Under the pieces are notes generated by a model. That model had not been told where the DNA came from. It searched no databases and saw only the letters and a list, made by a program, of their open reading frames with translations. Positions 53,452-64,000 of a stretch of 64,000 nt of DNA are shown one piece after another. This DNA is from Corallochytrium limacisporum Hawaii (lineage: Eukaryota; Protista; Pluriformea), in NCBI GenBank assembly GCA_002811645.1, contig PDIP01000122.1, positions 247,143-311,142 of the forward strand. Direction: 5' to 3'. The position numbers and the translations under genes were made by a program. Within the stretch, counting starts at the first letter, position 1, and each line of letters begins with the position of its first letter.

Positions 53452-54593
53452 GACTAATTCTGTATATGTCTTACACTCCGAATTCTCCGATCGAGTGCTG
53501 AAAAGTGTGACAATAATACGCCGTCGTGAATATGATGAGTTTGGTCTTTGAATACCAGAGTTTATCTATGAACTCGACGAAAGGCTGTCCATCTTGTAGC
53601 CGGAGTATTTCGTGTTTCAGTTTTGCACTGGCACTGACTTTACCTGGGTATCTTCATACGTTCCGCTGGAGATGGGCGGCAGGCCAGATTGACGGGGTAG
53701 CAGCAGTGGAGAGCAGCTCCTGCCCCTGGCGCTGTGGCACGAGGGAACCAAGGCCCTGCAGGGGGAGGGGAGGGGGCGGGCAGTTTACCGGTGTGTATGC
53801 TAGGGATGCAGGGGCCAACAATGGGTTTCACACCATATAGTCCAGAACAAAAAGAACCAGATTCAGTGTGTTGTGCCTTCAGCAGCCTGACTGTCAAAAG
53901 ACACATCACAAACTACCGGGAAAAAAGGGGGGGGGGGGGACGGGGTATGCATGCGACCTGGCACTACGTCCTCCATCCCTAGCGCTGCCAATTGTGCCTG
54001 CGGATGTTTTGCTCGCTTGCGTCCCTCCATACTCAACGACTAAGATTCCTACCTTAAACCAATAGATACACACATACTGGAGAGATAGGGTGGTGGTAGG
54101 GTTTTCGCAGAGCGTAGGCTGCAAGAGTGTGCGGGCCTTCGCCTGCACGGAAAAAGGTAAGGATTATGTTTTGATGGGGGGCTCCTGTGCCCACCTCTCG
54201 TTTGTTTGTTGGCGAACCACAATATGAGGTTTCAAATCTCTTTGGCTTCAAAGGGTCATCATGTTTTACATCATCTGGACCACACGATCTGGAACACGTT
54301 TGGTGTTGATATCATACGATCAATGTCTTGCGAGCTTGAGCCAACGTGACGTTACGGGTGCAGTAGTGTCAGGTATTTTGTGATTGGTGGTGGTTATGGG
54401 GTGATGGAGACGAATGGTTTATTGAGCAGTGTGGGACATAATCGTTAGGACACTACCATCCAGAAACAATTTGAATATCTCGGGTTTCCAGAAGGGACTG
54501 AATACTGTTATAGTCTTAATAGATTGACAGTGAGGAGAACATTACTGAATAACAAACAAAACAACGGAAAAGTTTAGTAGTAATTCTAACACC

Positions 54594-55769
54594 ATGTACA
54601 AGGTCATTGGCGCGATAGTTTCAATCGCCGTCCTGGTAGGTGTATCCTACTTCCTGTACACGTTCCGTGCATCGATGGAGGGTACAGTTCGCAATATGGC
54701 CGGAGCCATCTACGAACCACAGTATGTCGATCCGCTGTACAAGTATCCAGTTGACTGGAAGGAGGAGATGCGAAAGGACTACGAGGCTGCACGGGATGCT
54801 GGTAAGCCCAACAAGGAGCTTAGCAAGAAACTGAGTGAGTATGGTATTGCTTGCATTCCTTCGGTCCGCATGGTAGAGCAAGACATGCAGGGCATTGACA
54901 AGGCATACAAGAAAGGCTTTGTTACCCGTGGCCGGCACCAGCTCTACACCCGCGCCAAATCGGCTCGCGAACAAGTATTGCGTTACCTGCAGATTGAGGC
55001 CAACAAGATCAAACCGGGTTGGGAGAAGACTATTATTCAAGAGTGTGTGAAAACCAGCAATAGCCGTGAGCAGGCCGCCTCGCGACAACAAGGCAAACAG
55101 ACGCAGATCAAGATCCCTCCGGCGATTGTCCACGCTGTGTGGAATGGGTCCCTGAGCGAAGATGATCTGGTCAAGGAGCCGCACAATATTCCAAAGGAAG
55201 TTGTCGGCGACGTGGTGAAGCAACTGAAGGCACTTCCCAAGGAAAAGCTGCCTCCCTTGTCCGCACCCACTCCCCCGGGAGGAGCACAGCAGGAACCGCA
55301 GGACGCCAAGAGTCCCTCGGGCAAGGGTGGCAAGGGTGGCAAGGGTGGCAAGGGTGGCAAGGCTGGAGCCGATGCTGGCCGGATAAGCTCTCCCGAAGAA
55401 GCAGCACCGGCCAGTCCGCCACAAGGGCAACCCGGACCCCCCGGCCAACCCGGCCAGCCTGGGCAACCTGGTCAGCAGCAGATTCGTGTGCCGGTCCAGG
55501 TCATCCTTGGGCTCCGCAACGGCAGCATTCAGCCCGCCCAGCTGGTCCAGCCACCGTTCAACTTCCCACCGCAGGTGGTTGCCCAGCTGGTCCAACAAGC
55601 CGCAGCAATGCCTGAGGCCCAGTATAAGCAGATGGAAGCCATGGTTGCAAAGCAGCAGGCAGAAATGGCTGCCGCTGCCAAGGCCAAGAGCGAAGGGGAG
55701 GCGACTGAGAAGCCCGCACCAGAAGCGGCTCCCACCACCCCGGATACCAAACCGGAGGCTTCCGATTGA
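54594..55769 (+). CDS. Sec66/Sec71-like translocon subunit with repeat-containing C-terminal extension
   Basis: N-terminal signal-anchor helix. The helical domain ending YKKGFV...EANKIKPGWEKTIIQEC matches the Sec66 EAxxxxPGW pattern. It is followed by two 48-aa repeats and KGG/PGQ repeats. Confidence 0.7.
   Translation: MYKVIGAIVSIAVLVGVSYFLYTFRASMEGTVRNMAGAIYEPQYVDPLYKYPVDWKEEMRKDYEAARDAGKPNKELSKKLSEYGIACIPSVRMVEQDMQGIDKAYKKGFVTRGRHQLYTRAKSAREQVLRYLQIEANKIKPGWEKTIIQECVKTSNSREQAASRQQGKQTQIKIPPAIVHAVWNGSLSEDDLVKEPHNIPKEVVGDVVKQLKALPKEKLPPLSAPTPPGGAQQEPQDAKSPSGKGGKGGKGGKGGKAGADAGRISSPEEAAPASPPQGQPGPPGQPGQPGQPGQQQIRVPVQVILGLRNGSIQPAQLVQPPFNFPPQVVAQLVQQAAAMPEAQYKQMEAMVAKQQAEMAAAAKAKSEGEATEKPAPEAAPTTPDTKPEASD
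55320..55361 (+). repeat. Coding 9-bp tandem repeat (GGCAAGGGT)x4, encoding GKG/KGG
   Basis: Seen directly in the sequence. Confidence 0.9.
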
Positions 55770-57583
55770 AAACAGTGGGGTGAACCATCGTTGACTGCAA
55801 CAGCACAAGGGCTTGAAACAAGAGGGAAGGAGCCAACCACCGTTCTTCGTAGGTGTGGTGGTTGAGGGAAGATAACGTGCGAGGAGCGAAAGGAAGCAGT
55901 GAGGGTAGTGGGAGGAAGAAAACATGACTCCAGAGCAGTAGAATATTCCGGCTTGTGGGAGGGTACGCGGGGTTTTTGCAATTTCTTTGCGATGATGCGC
56001 AGCACCACTTTCACATCACCATATTACTGATGCACTCGGTAACAAATCTCATGTCCAATCTCTGTACTGGGGACGCGTACAGTGCATTGTTTCTATCTCT
56101 GTCCCCAATCACATGCATTTACGGAGCTTTTAGCTCGGGTAAAGGATACCTATGACGCCACATTGATGATGGCGCCGTATGATTAAGGCGAGGAGGGAGT
56201 CTCCTATCTGGACCGCGGTGCATGTGTTTTTCACGAGTTGATACACACGGAAACCAAGCGGTGTGTTTGGCAGTCCAAGAAACGCTCCGTCCGGTATGAA
56301 CTGCGCATGCGCGAGTCATCCAACCAGAAAAGCAATTTTCATAATCTATCGCTGTGTTCGTATGCAAGTGTGTCTCTTGATCGCTCTCCGCATCATATTT
56401 CCCACCTCGCAGTATGACAAGGCAACGCAAGATGTGGAGATGATGTCCAGGGCACAAACGCAGCCAGCCTACCTCTTCCGCTTCGAACGCGCCATCGATA
56501 TCTGAACCCGAACATTCCGTATACATATTAGAACCCCAACAGCCATGGTAAATTAGCAAACACCTCCCATCGCGCTGCATGTGCGTTCAAGCACTGCGGT
56601 ATGTCAAAGTGGATCTCCCTGTCGCCAGTGGCTGAGTGCCACAGTCAGCCAAACGGTGGGGAAGAGGGAAGGGGGTGGGGGGCGCAATGCCATTAAACAT
56701 TTTGATTACCATTCTTTCGTTATCTCTCCCATTGAGGGCATGGAATATTCACATATGTATTCCCAGTCACATATATAAAGTGCTAAAATATATACCTCCC
56801 ACCTATCTTTTTCCGTCGGAATGAGGTGGCGATCAGGGCCAAATAAAGGAAAAATGCCGGATATACGTGGGAAGCGTGGCTCATTTTTATCAGTCGCGGA
56901 GGCAAGGAAAACCCGGGCGAAGGTGGCTAACTGGCACGGACGCCAGACTTTTGGCAACGGGGACCCATTGACTCACCACCGCGTTTCGCCTTCTCGTGTC
57001 AGTGTCTTCGATAAGGTGCAACCCCCCCCCCCGGCCTCCCCTCCCTGTTTTCGGTCCCGAAATCGACGATGCCACGGTTACTACCTCTCCAGATATCAAC
57101 GGTTAATTTTGAGGAAATTGGACTCCCTCTGGCTTTTTTGGGACCTAAGGGCCCTGGTCCCCGGGCCCGGGTTGCCGTTTTTCTTCGGGGTTTCCTGTGT
57201 ATTTCTGCCGATCGTTCCGTTCAATTTTCTCTAATTTGGTCTTGTCTTTTCTTTCTTGTGTGTTGCCCTAGTTTTTTTTTTCTATTTTTCCTTCGTGTTT
57301 GTTCGTGGCTTGCACCGACCCTACCTTTTTTTGCTCTTTTCGGGGAGGGGTCCGTCCGTCTCCCCCGTGGGGGCTAACCCCCCTTGCCCTCCCCCCCCTG
57401 TCGCCTGGTATTGTACAGTTTTTGGTTATTTTTTCGGTTTTTATTTTGAATTTTCGTTTCTATTTTGTTTTTCTTTTTTTAGAGATTGTGTTTCCGATCG
57501 GCAACAAAGTTTGAAGATTTTGGAGACCCCGTCGGAAAAATTGAGAAGGAAACAAGGAGGGGAGGGGGGGGGGGGGGGGGGAG

Positions 57584-57723
57584 NNNNNNNNNNNNNNNNN
57601 NNNNNNNNNNNNNNNNNNNNNNNNNNNNNNNNNNNNNNNNNNNNNNNNNNNNNNNNNNNNNNNNNNNNNNNNNNNNNNNNNNNNNNNNNNNNNNNNNNNN
57701 NNNNNNNNNNNNNNNNNNNNNNN
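57584..57723. other. Assembly gap (140 N)
   Basis: N run directly after a long G homopolymer. Confidence 0.99.
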
Positions 57724-58991
57724 AGAGAAGGAGAGAGAGAGAGCAAAGGAAGGGGGGGGGAGAGGGCAGGTGGGTTGCGCGCGCGATGGTTGGGAGGGAA
57801 GGGTAGAAAGGAGCGAAGGAATGCGTGTATTTTGCAAGACGAAAGTAAAAAAGGAAGAAAAAGGAATAAAAAAAGAAAGGGGGATAAAGAGGAAAGACAA
57901 AGGAAGGAATTGCTGATTAGGCGAGGGAAGATGAAGAGAGAGGGGTGGAGAAAAAACGAAGTGAGGAATTCTTATTCAAGGTCCCAAGATCCCCCCTTTA
58001 CGGCCAACGGCGGTGCAACCATGGAAGCATCGGAGCATGCGCATCCATTGGACATCATTCAACTGCCAGACAACAGCACCACACATGGGCACAGACATGC
58101 TGTGCAGCCGGGAATGTAAGCAACCCATCAGCCAGACAACCACAACTGATGATGGGCTACGGCACGGTCCTCAGGACACTTGGGAATGGGATCGCTGTTT
58201 CGTGGATCAACTGATGGGCCTCCCGCTGTCGGCCCAACCGTTCGGCAGGAAGATCCACCAAACCTTTTTGGAGTACGCGTGAAGCACGCGGAACCGGCAT
58301 TTCCATAGCGAATCTATGAGCAATTCGGGGCTGAAATAGGGCAAAATGATCTGGAATATTGGCCCGCAGAGGATTACATCGCTAGGACGGAAACCCAAAA
58401 GAAGGAAGCGGGAGACGAAGACGAGCGGCAGGCAGGCAAAAGGCAGCAGGCAGGCCCCGGGGGGAGGGGTTTTGGGGAGTGGGCAGGGCCAAGGCATGCT
58501 ACGGCAGGGGGAGGGGGGAGCAGGAATAAGGAAGAGAACGAAGGAGGGAGAGAAGTTGGAGAGGGAAGGGAAGGGAAGAAGGGAGGGAGGGGAAGAAGGG
58601 AGGGAGGGGGGGGAAAACTGGGAACGGGAAAGGGAGGATAGGAACGAATGATGGGGACCGCACAGGGGGGAAAGTATGTGGACAATCTACGATGGTCCCT
58701 ACTCCATGTTTCCTTTTCTTGACTTCCTTGTGTGCGGTGGTGAGGAAATTCCCGAATCTCCTTTATCTCTTGGGAGAATGGATTTCATATACCCGCGTGC
58801 GTGGAAAAACTCGCCATCGAAGAATGCGCATCACTACCCTTCTTGGGACCCCCCCCCCTTGGCTTTGCCTGCTTCGCCTTCCCCACTCTTCACATATGCC
58901 CCGCCGCTCCCATACTGGACACATCGCGAAATGCTTCCCGACCTTCACACCCGCAAAAGCGGCACATACAAACACCGTCCCCCCCCTCCCC

Positions 58992-59131
58992 NNNNNNNNN
59001 NNNNNNNNNNNNNNNNNNNNNNNNNNNNNNNNNNNNNNNNNNNNNNNNNNNNNNNNNNNNNNNNNNNNNNNNNNNNNNNNNNNNNNNNNNNNNNNNNNNN
59101 NNNNNNNNNNNNNNNNNNNNNNNNNNNNNNN
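58992..59131. other. Assembly gap (140 N)
   Basis: N run directly after a C tract. Confidence 0.99.
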
Positions 59132-60383
59132 CTCCCCTCTTCCTTCTCTCTTCCCGCTTCCGGTTTCTTTTCGAAGGCGGGCATCTTCCCTTGGTCACCA
59201 CCGCCAAAAACCGAGATGCCCGTATTTCAAAGCATCGGTTCAGATCACGCGACCCGGATGATGGACGCGCGGTTTCTTCACACGTATAAACACACAAATG
59301 CACACGCCTGACCCACCTTTGGCCAACTTGGTCCACCACCCCCCCCCCAAACTCAGTATCATTCGGACCCTTCCTGGGATCCCGCCACCCCCCCCCTCAT
59401 GCCTCCGATTATCAGCGACCCCTGCGCACTCAGCCAATTTTTGCTTTACCATCGGAGCCCATTATCGCATGCCTCCGTTGGGCGTCTGTGTACGTGTATG
59501 CGCGTAGTTTGGTGTGTCTTCGCTCAGAGAGCGGGACGGACTGTTAATGTTATTTTTGCCACTGTGTAGCAGTGGGGTTTAGGTATCTACCACCTCAATC
59601 GGAGGAATAGATTGGAAGTGACCGATAGCGGGTAAGAGGTGTGCCTGCTTCCGGTGTGGGCCTCCCCTCCTCCTCCCTCCCCCCCCACATTTCTCTTCCA
59701 ACTGCCTGCTGGCTGTGGGGAGGAGTGCAGCAGCACTGTTGGGATGGATTTCAAAGTCCAACAAAAAGGAAAAATGAAAAGCCAATACGTTTTCCTTTCA
59801 GCTCCCTTGCCACTCTCGGTGTGTATCCTCTGTAGTGACTGTCTCTAGTTCAATCGCTCTTTTCCTTCTCGGAAGGAGGGCCTGCGTCCGGCATGGCGCC
59901 GCCCGGTATACAGAATTCCGACTTCTCCAGTACTTTCAAAGGGCAGACGCATCGGACATCGGGGACGCCCTGATGTCATTCCACGCTGCCACCACATAGC
60001 TGAGTGAGGGGCCCCCAGGTGGGGGGGTGCGAATCCGGTACTTTCGGTACCCGGAAGGGGGGGCCCTTCGCGGTATGGAGCGAGAGAAGGAATTGTTTAT
60101 ACTTTTGGGTGTGAAATTCCCGCGCTCCCCGGACAGGGCGGGAAGTGGATGAACCAGGACCGGGTGCAAGCACGAAATATTTCAGAATATTAGCAATATG
60201 CAGTTCATTGTGTGACTAATTATATACTGAGAGAATTGTTATTGTTTACTACCGACCTATGAAAATGACTCCGACAGCTAGGCATGGCCGCCGTCGCGGC
60301 TTGGCCCCGCCGCGAGGCTAACACCGGACGGCTACGAAAATACGGAGCCCGTCCCAGGCGCCCGAGGCCCGCGCGTGTGGGTA

Positions 60384-60768
60384 CAGAGAGAGAGAGACGG
60401 AGACAGAGAGAGAGAGAGAGAAAGGCGCGGGGGTGGGGCGGCCATTTTTTTTGAGTCTTTGAGTACCGAAGGACGGAGAAGGGAGAAGAAAAGAAAGAAA
60501 AAAAAAAGGGAAAAGGACCCAAAAATAAACCAAAAAAGGAACGGAGCGCTAAAAATAAAAAGTCCGCCGCACCGCAAGAGAAAATCCTGGACCGTTGGCT
60601 CATTTTCACGGCTTGCGGTATAGAAAATAAAAGTCGGTCGGCGGCCCAAAAAAAAAAAATCGTCCGTACCAACCGTGGCAACTGCCCCCCCCCTCTTCCT
60701 TCCCTTTTTCTTCTTTTCGACTGCGCAAGGTTTAAAAATGAAAAAATAGTGAAAAGGGGGAAAAAAAG

Positions 60769-60799
<31 letters not shown>

Positions 60800-60800
60800 G
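60384..60800. repeat. (GA)n and poly-A low-complexity tracts
   Basis: GA runs at about 60385-60420 and 60769-60798, with A-rich tracts between them. Confidence 0.85.
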
Positions 60801-61712
60801 GAGGTCACGGGGTACCCCGCCAGCGGGCAACGGTTACGCGGGGTCTTTTGTCCGTTCCTCTTCGTTCTCCCTCCGTGTTGCGTCCCCACACTCTAAAACG
60901 GCTTTCCTTATTTTTCACAGTCCTGTGTGAGTGTGGGGAGGGGGGGGGGTGGTGTGTTGTGTGTGTGTGTTGCTCTGTGTCGTGTCGGGTGACCGATGCC
61001 TCCTCCCCCGTTTTTTTTAATTCATTTCTCTGGCCGGACTGATCTGAAATCCGGCCCGCCAAACCTTCGAAACCCCAAACGGGGGCACAGCCACACACCA
61101 AGCATACCGCCGATCGAAAAACCCGAAAACCGATCCCACGAAACAGTGAGCAGAACTCTTGGGATGCCCTTTCTCGGTTCACAGTTCCATACAAGTCATA
61201 TTGGATTAGAAACCCGACCTGGCGACAATACTCCAAAGGCGGATAGAAGCGATTAGGGCAAGCCGCGGGGAAGGGGGGGGGGAGGGGAGGCAGTCTTCAC
61301 AACGATTTCACGATTTGCATGCGCGGTTGGTGTCGTCCATCGCTACCGCTGCAACAGGGAAGAGGGGGTCCCATACACACAGAGAGGCACAAAGAAAAAG
61401 CAGCGCACCAAGCGCACATAATTTACACACACTCGTAAAGAGGCACTCTACCTTCGCAAAGTGGCGCCATTGATGGGACGTTTTCCGTATATAGACCCAT
61501 CGCGAACTCATAGGTAGATTGATAATGGCGCCCTTTTTTGTACGCCGTTTGTGAAATACGGACCAGTCGTGGTCGATACCAACTTCAACGGGGGGAAATC
61601 GGAGGCTATTCAAGAGGTGTTGATATGGATCATAAATGTAGTTGGTATTAAACGATCTCTAGGAAACATTTGTCTAGTTTGGCAATACCTCACAAAAGGG
61701 ATAACTGTAACA

Positions 61713-63092
61713 ATGCCAACCAAGAGTGAAAAGCCACCGGCCAGTCCGCTGCCAGCGCCGCCGGACGGCGACGACACAACAGCGGCAAAGAAGAGCAAGG
61801 CTAGCGCCGACACCGCCGAAAAGAAGAAGACGCCCGCCAAGCCCAAGAAGACTTCTGCAAAGGCCAAGGCCAAGGGCAAGAAATCCGGATCAACACCCGC
61901 AAAACGCGGTCGCAAACGTATTCGCCCAAAGGTCGATGCCGACTACCCCTTCGATCACACGTTCGACATCCATTCCGTGTGGATGTACGACTCCAAGACC
62001 AAGAAGATTCTAAGGGACAAGCACTTGCTAAACTTTGGCCCCTGGACACCCGACGAGGTCCGCCGTTTGCACAAAAATATCCAAGATCATATTGCAGCCA
62101 AGGGATTCCAAGGCTCTCCAACCGAATATGTCCACAGCATTAAGCGTGACCAGGACCACGACTTGTGGCAGAAGGCTGCCCAGGGAATTAGGCGTGATTT
62201 GTTCTCGATCTACCGTCGTGTCCGCCGTGACTTTGAACCCGGCAATCATATGGGCCCGTACACACCTGAGGAAGACCAAAAGATTCGCGATTTGCTCTCA
62301 AAGTACGGCAAGCAGTGGGTTAAGATTGCTTCCGAGCTCGGACGCCACCCGCAGGCCGTCCGTGACCGCTGGAGGGCCTTGGCCAAGGACCCTGATACCA
62401 ACCTGCAGCACGGAAGGTGGTCCATTGAGGAGGAAATTGCGCTCGTTAAGGCGGTTCACGACGCTGCTGGCACCAAGCTTGGTGAAGAGGTCGGCGATGT
62501 CGTCAACTGGCAGGCTATTTCCGCAAAGATGGGCACCCGCACCGAGAAGCAGTGCCGTCAAAAGTGGGTCGAGGACATGAACTTTGCGCAGAAGGGCATC
62601 AAGAATTTCGACCAGATCAAGGAGAAGTACAAGGAGAAGAAGAAGCGCGATCGCTACCCGCTCACCCACGAGCAGGAGATGCAGTTCCTGCGCTCTCTCT
62701 ACGATCCAGACTATCTGGAGGAGAATCTTGTGGACTTCACCGCCCTCGGTGCCAGGTTCGGCAAGGGCAAGAAGTTCGCCCGTAGCCTTTGGAAGCGCAT
62801 GCAGCGCCAGGCCATCGTTATTGAACCTGAGATTGAGAGCCTTGAGTTCCCTGACCGGGTGCGCAAGTGCATTGTGCTCTGGAAGCGCTTCCCCGAGGAC
62901 TTCTTCCGTCGCTACTGCAACAGTATCCGCTCCTCTCTCAAGCAGGAGGAAACCAAGAAGAAGAAGACAGGTAGCAAGCGGAGTGCGCCTGGCTCTGCCA
63001 CCACCACCCCAGCCAAGAAGGCCAGGGAAGAGCCGGCTTCGGAGAAGAAGGCTGACGAGAGCCGGGATGAAACCGCCCCTGCAGCTCCCTAG
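61713..63092 (+). CDS. Myb-repeat transcription factor, DMTF1/TTF1/Reb1 family (closest by eye to DMTF1)
   Basis: RDLFSIYRRVRR..NHMGPYTPEED..YGKQWVKIASELGR..VRDRWR..GRWSIEEE..VNWQAISAKMGTRTEKQCRQKW, with Lys-rich termini. ATG at 61713 (acaATG). Confidence 0.88.
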   Translation: MPTKSEKPPASPLPAPPDGDDTTAAKKSKASADTAEKKKTPAKPKKTSAKAKAKGKKSGSTPAKRGRKRIRPKVDADYPFDHTFDIHSVWMYDSKTKKILRDKHLLNFGPWTPDEVRRLHKNIQDHIAAKGFQGSPTEYVHSIKRDQDHDLWQKAAQGIRRDLFSIYRRVRRDFEPGNHMGPYTPEEDQKIRDLLSKYGKQWVKIASELGRHPQAVRDRWRALAKDPDTNLQHGRWSIEEEIALVKAVHDAAGTKLGEEVGDVVNWQAISAKMGTRTEKQCRQKWVEDMNFAQKGIKNFDQIKEKYKEKKKRDRYPLTHEQEMQFLRSLYDPDYLEENLVDFTALGARFGKGKKFARSLWKRMQRQAIVIEPEIESLEFPDRVRKCIVLWKRFPEDFFRRYCNSIRSSLKQEETKKKKTGSKRSAPGSATTTPAKKAREEPASEKKADESRDETAPAAP

Positions 63093-64000
63093 CCAGATGG
63101 GACTGGATCCAAAAAAGACCCTCCCACATTATGCATTCCCATCTCCATTCATTTTCAACATGTCCCTAGAGCATCTTTGCACATCAAACAAAAAGAGCGT
63201 TAAATTTTAGCCACAACTGTTGCACTGACCAATGTCTATCTCTCTATCGCACACACTTTTCTTTTTAAAACAAAACGCATCTTAGGACAAATGATAATGA
63301 CATTTTTTGCTTTGACCTTTACTTTTCCGCACCTTTTTATTTTTCGGTCCGCGCCGGAGTGAATCGATGGGTACTGATGTGGGCCGATGTCAATCTGTTG
63401 CCTAATCTCCTGCCCTCCTGGTTTCCCCCTCTCCCCCACTACCGAAGCTGTATGACAACAAAAGAAATCGACCCCACGGGTCTGTTTTCGCAATCGTCAG
63501 TATCAGAGCTTGAACCCACGCGAGGACTGGGCTTCCATAGTGGATGTTCTACGCATCGAGGTGAGGTCGTAACTGGCCGTATGTCCGAGCACTGATTAAG
63601 TTGTCGGGAACGATAAAACATGCCGAAGCAGATCACCAAGCTGGCGGTCTCTATACTGAACGTACGCAGTGTACGCCCCCGGCATTCGCCCCCTTACCGC
63701 GGTATGCCCAAAGCCCTGGCTTTGCTACCGGAAAAGGTCACGGGGCTCACAATCTGTGCAGTGACTGTCACTATTTAACACTTGTGAAGCACTGCCACCT
63801 AGACGAGTGGTGTCCGCGGTGTGTGGGGCCATGTGATAAGTACCTCACAGTACATGTGCGGTAGGCCTTCTTCGTCGTGTCCGTACCCCCCTGTTGTTCA
63901 ACAGAGGGCACCAGAAAGAAAATACTATCCTCTGCGTCGAAATATTGCTCCAAATCACATTTAATCAACCGGAATAAGGAGGGAGGGAGAAATTCGCGCC

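Noticed and set aside
54621-55925. 434-aa minus-strand ORF, and similar antisense ORFs within SMC1, DUF3712 and the Myb gene
   Set aside because: These are antisense or alternate-frame shadows of codon-biased genes, with no independent motifs.

Overview
Compact eukaryotic genomic window with 19 supportable protein-coding genes. Every CDS is an uninterrupted ORF, including those of 1253 aa and 2043 aa. Left to right: a CAMK-group kinase (cut by the window edge), a DUF4112 protein, a catalytically degenerate JMJD5-like JmjC protein, mitochondrial-type LysRS, a multi-zinc-finger/PHD-winged-helix protein, SMC1, a coiled-coil protein, a giant DUF3712-repeat membrane protein, a two-domain glycosyltransferase-like protein, an SVOP-like MFS transporter, a head-to-head GMD / GDP-fucose synthase pair, GatA, PIF1, a GH31 glucosidase II alpha, a C2-IPT-Rab11FIP-like protein, ARPC5, LSM7, a Sec66-like protein and a DMTF1-like Myb factor. 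Animal-like traits (PIF1 N-terminal domain, DMTF1, C2-type Rab11-FIP, E2F and CDE/CHR-like promoter sites) co-occur with fungal-like traits (Sec66, DUF3712, separate mitochondrial LysRS). This suggests a near-intronless unicellular opisthokont or holozoan (inference only). The most unusual items are: (1) the 1032-aa protein combining a split SAM-like module, four identically spaced C2HC fingers and a Hop1-type PHD + winged-helix module with no HORMA domain; (2) the divergent GDP-fucose pathway pair near a bacterial-type DUF115/GT42-like fusion; (3) candidate short introns found only in 5' leaders; (4) a candidate Ral/Rab11 bridging adaptor. I found no tRNA, rRNA, CRISPR array or transposase. 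All family calls are by-eye motif recognition, with no database searches run.
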